The notes under the pieces: model-generated
The model's database searches: none
Seen by the model: the letters and a program-made list of their open reading frames with translations, nothing else
Told to the model about the DNA's origin: nothing
Shown here: positions 55,001-64,000 of the stretch, one piece after another
How positions within the stretch are numbered: position 1 is the first letter of the stretch
Layout of the letters: every line of letters starts with the position of its first letter
Made by a program: the position numbers and the translations under genes
Assembly: GCA_964016885.1 (NCBI GenBank)
Contig: OZ024740.1
Coordinates: forward strand, 15,252,001 to 15,316,000
DNA from: Eledone cirrhosa
Taxonomy: Eukaryota
Reading direction: 5' to 3'
Length of the DNA stretch: 64,000 bases

Positions 55001-58000
55001 AGTGTATCAGTGTATGTGGCAGGATATGTGTGTATCCATTTATCAGTGTATGTGTCAGTATGTGTGTGTGTATCATTGTATCAGTGTACGTGTCAGTATG
55101 TGTGCGTGTATTAGTGTATCACGGTATGTGTCAGTATGTATGTATATCAGTGTATCACTGTATGTGTCAGTATGTGTGTGTATCACTGTATCAGTGTATT
55201 TGTGTGTATCAGTGGATCAGTGTATGTGTCAGCATGTGTGTGTGTCAGTGTATCAGTGTATGTGTCAGTATGTGTGTGTGTCAGTGTATCAGTGTATGTG
55301 TCAGTATGTGTGTGTGTCAGTTTATCAGTGTATGTGTCAGTATGTTTGTGTATCTGTGTATCAGTGTATCAGTGTATATGTCAGTGTGTGTATCAGTGTA
55401 TGTGTCAGTATGTGTGTATCAGTGTATCAGTGCATGTGTCAGTATGTGTGTGTGTGTGTATCATTGTATGTGTCAGTATGTGAGTGTATCAGTGTATCAG
55501 TGTATATGTCAGTGTGTGTATCAGTGTATCATTCTATGTGACAGTATGTGTGTGTAGCAATGTATCAGTGTATGTGTCAGTAGGTGTGTATATCTGTGTA
55601 TAAGTGTATGTATCTGTATGTGTGTATCAGTATATCAGTGTATGTGTCAGCAAGTGTGTGTGTGTATCAGTGTATGTGTCAATATGTATGTGTATCAGTG
55701 TATGTGTCAGTATATGTGTGTGTATCAGTGTATCAGTATATGTGTCAGTATATGTGTGTATCAGTGTATCAGTGTATGTGTCAGTATATGTGTGTGTATC
55801 AGTGTATGTGTCAGTATATGTGTGTGTATCAGTGTATCAGTGTATGTGTCAGTATGTGTGTGTGTATCAGTGTATCAGTGTATGTGTCAGTATGTGTGTA
55901 TCAGTGTATCAGTGTATGTGTCAGTATGTGTGTATATCAGTGTATCAGTGTATGTGTCAGTATGTGTGTATATCAGTGTATCAGTGTATCAGTGTATCAG
56001 TGTATGTGTCAGTATGTGTGTGTGTATCAGTGTATCAGTGTATATGTCAGTATATGTGTGTGTATCAGTGTATCAGTGTATGTGTCAGTATGTGTGTATC
56101 AGTGTATCAGTGTATGTGTCAGTATGTGTGTGTATCAGTGTATCAGTGTATGTGTCAGTATGTGTGTATATCAGTGTATCACTGTTTGTGTCGGTATGTG
56201 TGTTTATCAGTGTATCAGTATATGTGTCAGTATGTGTGTGTGTGTATCAGTGTATGTGTCAGAATGTGTGTGTATCAGTGTATCAGTGTATCAGTGTATA
56301 TGTCAGTGTGTGTATCAGTGTATCATACTATGTGACAGTATGTGTGTGTAGAAATGTATCAGTGTATGTGTCAGTATGTATGTGTGTATCAGTTACATGT
56401 CAGTAGGTGTGTGTGTGTAACAGTGTATCAGTGTATATGTCAGTATGTGTGTGTGTATCAGTGTATGTGTCAGTATGTGTCTGTATCAGTGTATCAGGCT
56501 ATGTATCAGTATGTGTGTGTATCAGTGTATCAGTGTATGTGTCAGTATATGTGTGTGTATCAGTGTATCAGTGTATGTGTCAGTATGTGTGTGTGTATCA
56601 GTGTATCAGTGCATGTGTCAGTATGTGTGTGTATCAGTGTATGTGTCAGTATGTGTGTGTATCAGTGTATGTGTCAGTATGTGTGTGTATCAGTGTAGTG
56701 TCAGTATGTGTGTGTGTATCAGTGTATCAGTGTATGTGTCACTATGTGTGTGTATCAGTGTATCAGTGTATGTGTCAGTATGTGTGTATATCAGTGTATC
56801 ACTGTTTGTGTCAGTATGTGTGTTTATCAGTGTATCAGTATATGTGTCAGTATGTGTGTGTATCAGTGTATCTGTCAGTATGTGTGTGTATCAGTGTATC
56901 AGTGTATCAGTGTATGTGTCAGTATGTGTGTGTGTATCAGTGTATCAGTGTATGTGTCAGTCTGTGTGTGTATCAGTGTATCAATGTATGTGTGTATCAG
57001 TGTATCAGTGTATGTGTCAATATGTGTGTGTATCAGTGTATGTATCAGTATGTGTGTATCAGTGTATATGTGTGTGTTTCAGTGTACATGTCAGTACGTG
57101 TGTGTGTGTATCAATGTATGTGTCAGTATGTGTGTGTATCAGTGTATCAGTGTATATGTTAGTCTGTGTATGTGTGTATCAGTGTATGTGTCAGTATGTG
57201 AGTATCAGTGTATCGGTGTATGTATCACTATGTGTGTGTATCAGTGTATCAGTGTATGTGTCAGTATGTGTGTGTATCAGTGTATCAGTGTATCAGTGTA
57301 TCAGTGTATGTGTCAGTATGTGTGTGTGTATCAGTGTATCAGTGTATATGTCAGTATATGTGTGTGTATCAGTGTATCAGTGTATGTGTCAGTATGTGTG
57401 TATCAGTGTATCAGTGTATGTGTCAGTATGTGTGTATATCAGTGTATCACTGTATGTGTCAGTATGTGTGTTTATCAGTGTATCAGTATATGTGTCAGTA
57501 TGTGTGTGTATCAGTGTATCAGTGTATGTGTCAGTATGTGTGTGTATCAGTGTATCAGTGTATCAGTGTATGTGTCAGTATGTGTGTGTGTATCAGTGTA
57601 TGTGTCAGTATATGTGTGTGTATCAGTGTATCACTGCATGTGTCAGTATGTGTGTGTGTGTATCAGTGAATCAGTGTATGTGTCAGTATGTGTGTATCAG
57701 TGTATCAGTGTATGTGTCAGTATGTGTGTGTGTATCAGTGTATTAGTGTATATGCCAGTGTGTGTGTGTTTATCAGTGTATCTCTGTATATGTCAGTATG
57801 TGTGTGTGTATCAGTGTATTATTGTATGTGTCAATATGTGTGTGTATCAGTGTATCAGTGTATGTGGCAGGATGTGTGTGTATCAATTTATCAGTGTATG
57901 TGTCAGTATGTGTGTGTGTATCATTGTATCAGTATATGTGTCAGTATGTGTGCGTGTATCAGTGTATCACGGTATGTGTCAGTATGTATGTATATCAGTG

Positions 58001-58234
58001 TATCACTGTATGTGTCAGTATGTGTGTGTATCACTGTATCAGTGTATTTGTGTGTATCAGTGGATCAGTGTATGTGTCAGCATGTGTGTGTGTCAGTGTA
58101 TCAGTGTATGTGTCAGTATATGTGTGTGTCAGTGTATCAGTGTATGTGTCAGTATGTGTGTGTGTGTATCAGTGTATGTGTCAGTATGTTTGTGTATCAG
58201 TGTATCAGTGTATCAGTGTATATGTCAGTGTATG

Positions 58235-59280
58235 TATCAGTGTATGTGTCAGTATGTGTGTGTGTCAGTGTATCAGTGCATGTGTCAGTATGTGTGTGTG
58301 TGTATCAGTGTATGTGTCTGTATGTGTGTGTATCAGTGTATCAGGCTATGTGTCAGTATGTGTGTGTATCAGTGTATCAGTGTATGTGTCAGTATATGTG
58401 TGTGTATCAGTGTATGTGTCAGTATGTGTGTATATCAGTGTATGTGTCAGTATGAGTGTGTATCAGTGTATGTGTCAGTATGTGTGTGTGTATCAGTGTA
58501 TGTGTCAGTATGTGTGTGTATCAGTGTATGTGTCAGTATGTGTGTATATCAGTGTATGTGTCAGTATGTGTGTGTATCAGTGTGTGTGTCATTATGTGTG
58601 TGTATAAGTATATCAGTGTGTGTCAGAATGTGTGTGTATCAGTGTATCAGTGTATGTGTTAGTATGTGTGTGTGTATCAGTTACATGTCAGTAGGTGTGT
58701 GTGTGTAACAGTGTATCAGTGTATATGTCAGTATGTGTGTGTGTATCAGTGTATGTGTCAGTATGTGTGTGTGTCAGTGTATCAGTGCATGTGTCAGTAT
58801 GTGTGTGTGTGTGTGTATCAGTGTATGTGTCTGTATGTGTGTGTATCAGTGTATCAGGCTATGTGTCAGTATGTGTGTGTATCAGTGTATCAGTGTATGT
58901 GTCAGTATATGTGTGTGTATCAGTGTATGTGTCAGTATGTGTGTATATCAGTGTATGTGTCAGTATGAGTGTGTATCAGTGTATGTGTCAGTATGTGTGT
59001 GTGTATCAGTGTATGTTTCAGTATGTGTGTGTATCAGTGTATGTGTCAGTATGTGTGTATATCAGTGTATGTGTCAGTATGTGTGTGTATCAGTGTGTGT
59101 GTCATTATGTGTGTGTATAAGTATATCAGTGTGTGTCAGAATGTGTGTGTATCAGTGTATCAGTGTATGTGTCAGTATGTGTGTGTGTATCAGTTACATG
59201 TCAGTAGGTGTGTGTGTGTAACAGTGTATCAGTGTATATGTCAGTATGTGTGTGTGTATCAGTGTATGTGTCAGTATGTG
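58235..59280. repeat. ~513-bp tandem duplication inside the TG-rich array
   Basis: Marker TCAGGCTA at 58341 and 58854; ORF pairs 58456/58969, 58695/59208 and 58733/59246 are each offset by 513. Edges are approximate. Confidence 0.85.
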
Positions 59281-59388
59281 TCTGTATCAGTGTATCAGGC
59301 TATGTATCAGTATGTGTGTGTATCAGTGTATCAGTGTATGTGTCAGTATGTGTGTGTGTATCAGTGTATCAGTGTATGTGTCAGTATG

Positions 59389-62300
59389 TGTGTGTGTATC
59401 AGTGTATCAGTGCATGTGTCAGTATGTGGGTGTATCAGTGTATGTGTCAGTATGTGTGTGTATCAGTGCATGTGTCAGTATGTGTGTGTATCAGTGTATG
59501 TGTCAGTATGTGTGTGTGTATCAGTGTATGTGTCAGTATGTGTGTGTATCAGTGTATCAGTGTATGTGTCAGTATGTGTGTCAGTATGTGTGTATATCAG
59601 TGTATAACTGTTTGTGTCAGTATGTGTGTTTATCAGTGTATCAGTATGTGTGTCAGTATGTGTGTGTATCAGTGTATGTGTCAGTATGTGCATGTATCAG
59701 TGTATCAGTGTATCAGTGTATCAGTGTATGTGTCAGTATGTGTGTGTGTGTATCAGTGTATCAGTGTATATGTCAGTATATGTGTGTGTATCAGTGTATC
59801 AGTGTATGTGTCAGTCTGTGTGTGTATCAGTGTATCAGTGTATGTGACAGTATGTGTGTGTATCAGTGTATGTGTCAGTATGTGTATATCAGTGTATATG
59901 TGTGTGTTTCAGTGTACATGTCAGTACGTGTGTGTGTGTATCAGTGTATGTGTCAGTATGTGTGTGTATCAGTGTATAAGTGTATCAGTGTATGTGTCAG
60001 TATGTGTGTGTGTATCAGTGTATCAGTGTATGTGTCAGTATATGTGTGTGTATCAGTGTGTCAGTGTATATGTCAGTCTGTGTATGTGTGTATCAGTGTA
60101 TGTGTCAGTATGTGTGTGTATCAGTGTATCAGTGTATCAGTGTATGTGTCAGTATGTGTGTGTGTATCAGTGTATCAGTGTATGTGTCAGTATATGTGTG
60201 TGTATCAGTGTGTCAGTGTATGTGTAAGTCTGTGTGTGTGTGTGTGTATCAGTGTATCAGTGTATCAGTGTATGTGTCAGTATGTGTGTGTATCAGTGTA
60301 TCAGTGTATCAGTGTATCAGTGTATGTGTCAGTATGTGTGTGTGTATCAGTGTATGTGTCAGTATATGTGTGTGTATCAGTGTATCAGTGTATGTGTCAG
60401 TCTGTGTGTGTGTGTGTGTGTATCAGTGAATCAGTGTATGTGTCAGTATGTGTGTATCAGTGTATCAGTGTATGTGTCAGTATGTGTGTATCAGTGTATG
60501 TGTCAGTATGTGTATATCAGTGTATATGTGTGTGTTTCAGTGTACGTGTCAGTATGTGTGTATGTGTATCAGTGTATCAGTGTATGTGTCAGTATGTGTG
60601 TGTATCAGTGTATCAGTGTATATGTCAGTATATGTGTGTGTATCAGTGTATATGTCAGTCTGTGTATGTGTGTATCAGTGTATGTGTCAGTATGTGTGTA
60701 TCAGTGTATCGGTGTATGTATCAGTATGTGTGTGTATCAGTGTATATGTCAGTCTGTGTGTGTGTGTATCAGTGTATCTGTCAGTATGTGTGTGTATGAG
60801 TGTATTAGTGTATGTGTCAGTATATGTGTGTGTATCAGTGTATCAGTGTATGTGTCAGTATGTGTGTGTGTATCAGTGTATGAGTGTATATGTCAGTATA
60901 TGTGTGTGTATCAGTGTATATGTCAGTCTGTGTATGTGTGTATCAGTGTATGTGTCAGTTTGTGTGTATCAGTGTATCGGTGTATGTATCAGTATGTGTG
61001 TGTATCAGTGTATCACTGTATATGTCAGTCTGTGTGTGTGTGTGTATCAGTGTATCAGTGTATGTGTCAGTATGTGTGTGTATGAGTGTATTAGTGTATG
61101 TGTCAGTATATGTGTGTGTATCAGTGTATCAGTGCATGTGTCAGTATGTGGGTGTATCAGTGTATGTGTCAGTATGTGTGTGTATCAGTGCATGTGTCAG
61201 TATGTGTGTGTATCAGTGTATGTGTCAGTATGTGTGTGTGTATCAGTGTATGTGTCAGTATGTGTGTGTATCAGTGTATCAGTGTATGTGTCAGTATGTG
61301 TGTCAGTATGTGTGTATATCAGTGTATAACTGTTTGTGTCAGTATGTGTGTTTATCAGTGTATCAGTATGTGTGTCAGTATGTGTGTGTATCAGTGTATG
61401 TGTCAGTATGTGCATGTATCAGTGTATCAGTGTATCAGTGTATCAGTGTATGTGTCAGTATGTGTGTGTGTGTATCAGTGTATCAGTGTATATGTCAGTA
61501 TATGTGTGTGTATCAGTGTATCAGTGTATGTGTCAGTCTGTGTGTGTATCAGTGTATCAGTGTATGTGACAGTATGTGTGTGTATCAGTGTATGTGTCAG
61601 TATGTGTATATCAGTGTATATGTGTGTGTTTCAGTGTACATGTCAGTACGTGTGTGTGTGTATCAGTGTATGTGTCAGTATGTGTGTGTATCAGTGTATA
61701 AGTGTATCAGTGTATGTGTCAGTATGTGTGTGTGTATCAGTGTATCAGTGTATGTGTCAGTATATGTGTGTGTATCAGTGTGTCAGTGTATATGTCAGTC
61801 TGTGTATGTGTGTATCAGTGTATGTGTCAGTATGTGTGTGTATCAGTGTATCAGTGTATCAGTGTATGTGTCAGTATGTGTGTGTGTATCAGTGTATCAG
61901 TGTATGTGTCAGTATATGTGTGTGTATCAGTGTGTCAGTGTATGTGTAAGTCTGTGTGTGTGTGTGTGTATCAGTGTATCAGTGTATCAGTGTATGTGTC
62001 AGTATGTGTGTGTATCAGTGTATCAGTGTATCAGTGTATCAGTGTATGTGTCAGTATGTGTGTGTGTATCAGTGTATGTGTCAGTATATGTGTGTGTATC
62101 AGTGTATCAGTGTATGTGTCAGTCTGTGTGTGTGTGTGTGTGTATCAGTGAATCAGTGTATGTGTCAGTATGTGTGTATCAGTGTATCAGTGTATGTGTC
62201 AGTATGTGTGTATCAGTGTATGTGTCAGTATGTGTATATCAGTGTATATGTGTGTGTTTCAGTGTACGTGTCAGTATGTGTGTATGTGTATCAGTGTATC

Positions 62301-62856
62301 AGTGTATGTGTCAGTATGTGTGTGTATCAGTGTATCAGTGTATATGTCAGTATATGTGTGTGTATCAGTGTATATGTCAGTCTGTGTATGTGTGTATCAG
62401 TGTATGTGTCAGTATGTGTGTATCAGTGTATCGGTGTATGTATCAGTATGTGTGTGTATCAGTGTATATGTCAGTCTGTGTGTGTGTGTATCAGTGTATC
62501 TGTCAGTATGTGTGTGTATGAGTGTATTAGTGTATGTGTCAGTATATGTGTGTGTATCAGTGTATCAGTGTATGTGTCAGTATGTGTGTGTGTATCAGTG
62601 TATGAGTGTATATGTCAGTATATGTGTGTGTATCAGTGTATATGTCAGTCTGTGTATGTGTGTATCAGTGTATGTGTCAGTTTGTGTGTATCAGTGTATC
62701 GGTGTATGTATCAGTATGTGTGTGTATCAGTGTATCACTGTATATGTCAGTCTGTGTGTGTGTGTGTATCAGTGTATCAGTGTATGTGTCAGTATGTGTG
62801 TGTATGAGTGTATTAGTGTATGTGTCAGTATATGTGTGTGTATCAGTGTATCAGTG
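59389..62856. repeat. 1722-bp apparently exact tandem duplication inside the TG-rich array
   Basis: Marker TGCATGTGTCAGTATGTGGG at 59411 and 61133. Seven ORF pairs are offset by exactly 1722 (e.g. 59475/61197, 59980/61702, 60234/61956, 61098/62820). The flanking mismatches are at 59388/61110 and 61135/62857. Confidence 0.92.
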
Positions 62857-64000
62857 TATGTGTCAGTGTATGTGTCAGTATGTGTGTGTATCAGTGTATC
62901 AGTGTATATGTCAGTATATGTGTGTGTATCAGTGTATCAGTGAATATGTCAGTCTGTGTATCAGTGTATCAGTGTATGTGTCAGTATGTGTGTATCAGTG
63001 TATCGGTGTATGTATCAGTATGTGTGTGTATCAGTGTATCAGTGTATATGTCAGTCTGTGTGTGTGTATCAGTGTATCAGTGTATCTGTCAGTATACGTG
63101 TGTTTATGAGTGTATTAGTGTATGTGTCAGTATATGTGTGTGTATCAGTGTATGTCTCAGTATGTGTGTGTATCAATGTATGTGTCAGTATGTGTGTGTA
63201 TCAGTGTATCAGTGTATGTGTAAGCATGTGTGTGATTATCAATGTATCAGTGTATGTGTCAGGATGTGTGTATCAGTGTATCAGTGTATCTGTCAGTATG
63301 TGTGTGTATCAGTGTTTCAGTGTATGTGTCAGTATGTGTGTGTGTATTAGTGTATCAGTGTATGTGTTAGTATGTGTGTGTAACAGAGTATCAGTATATT
63401 GTTGTGTATCTGTTTATCAATGTATGTGTCAGTATGTGTGTGTATCCGTGTATCAGTGTATCAGTGTATAGGGCAGTATATATGTGTGTGTATCAGTGTA
63501 TCAGTGTATGTGTTAGTATGTGTGTGTAACAGTGTATCAGTGTATGTGTGTGTATCTGTTTATCAATGTATGTGTCAGTATGTGTGTGTATCCGTGTATC
63601 AGTGTATCAGTGTATAGAGCAGTATATATGTGTGTGTATCAGTGTATCAGTGTATCAGTGTATGTGTTAGTATGTATGTGTCTATCAGTGTATCGGTGTA
63701 TGTGTCAGTATTTGTGTGTGTATCAGTGTATCAATGTATGTGTCAGTATGTGTGTGTGTATCAGTGTATTAGTGTATATGCCAGTGTGTGTGTGTACCAG
63801 TGTATCACTGTATATGTCAGTATGTGTGTGTGTATCAGTGTATTATTGTATGTGTCATTATGTGTGTTTATCAGTGTATCAGTGTATGTGGCAGGATGTG
63901 TGTGTATCAATTTATCAGTGTATGTGTCAGTATGTGTGTATGTATCATTGTATCAGTGTATGTGTCAGTATGTGTGCGTGTATCAGTGTATCACGGTATG

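Larger units (their letters stand above)
49133..64000. repeat. TG-rich composite micro/minisatellite (core ~TATCAGTGTATGTGTCAGTATGTGTGTG), continuing past the right edge
   Basis: Built from TATCAGTG octamers (1-4 in tandem), TATGTGTCAG and variable (TG)n. Strong T/G skew on the + strand; single orientation. Confidence 0.98.

Noticed and set aside
49102-63617. Long Cys/Val-rich ORFs (up to 666 aa) as metallothionein- or keratin-associated-like proteins
   Set aside because: All three + frames are open at once with the same V/C/Y/S/M pattern, the signature of stop-poor TG repeats. Length changes occur in 2-bp steps, not codons.
49133-64000. Telomeric or subtelomeric repeat
   Set aside because: It is T/G-skewed but lacks TTAGGG/TTAGG or regular G-runs, and unit length is variable. 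Chromosomal position cannot be inferred from this window.

Overview
No genes can be supported; this looks like eukaryotic repetitive (heterochromatin-like) DNA. Bases 1-48425 are a single-orientation array of about 850 copies of a 57-bp, 33% GC monomer (CACTAAACAGAGGTGTGAAATATAGGATGTTTTAAACACCTTCATGGTTATATTTCC). The monomer has internal dyad symmetry. Higher-order structure is irregular in the first ~19.5 kb and very homogeneous (34-mer and 50-mer units) from ~19.5 to 47.3 kb. A ~700-bp junction (48426-49132) follows: (GAA)33, a ~140-bp unique island with a possible Helitron-like 3' end, a (GAT)/(CAT) tract with a 36-bp perfect palindrome, and an interrupted (CAG)n. Bases 49133-64000 are a TG-rich composite repeat built from TATCAGTG, TGTCAGTA and (TG)n, with ~1.9-kb, 513-bp and 1722-bp duplications. 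All supplied ORFs are best explained as read-through of repeats. I cannot support a new protein-coding system. The best leads are the dyad-symmetric monomer, the layered amplification history, and a possible transposon origin of the array.
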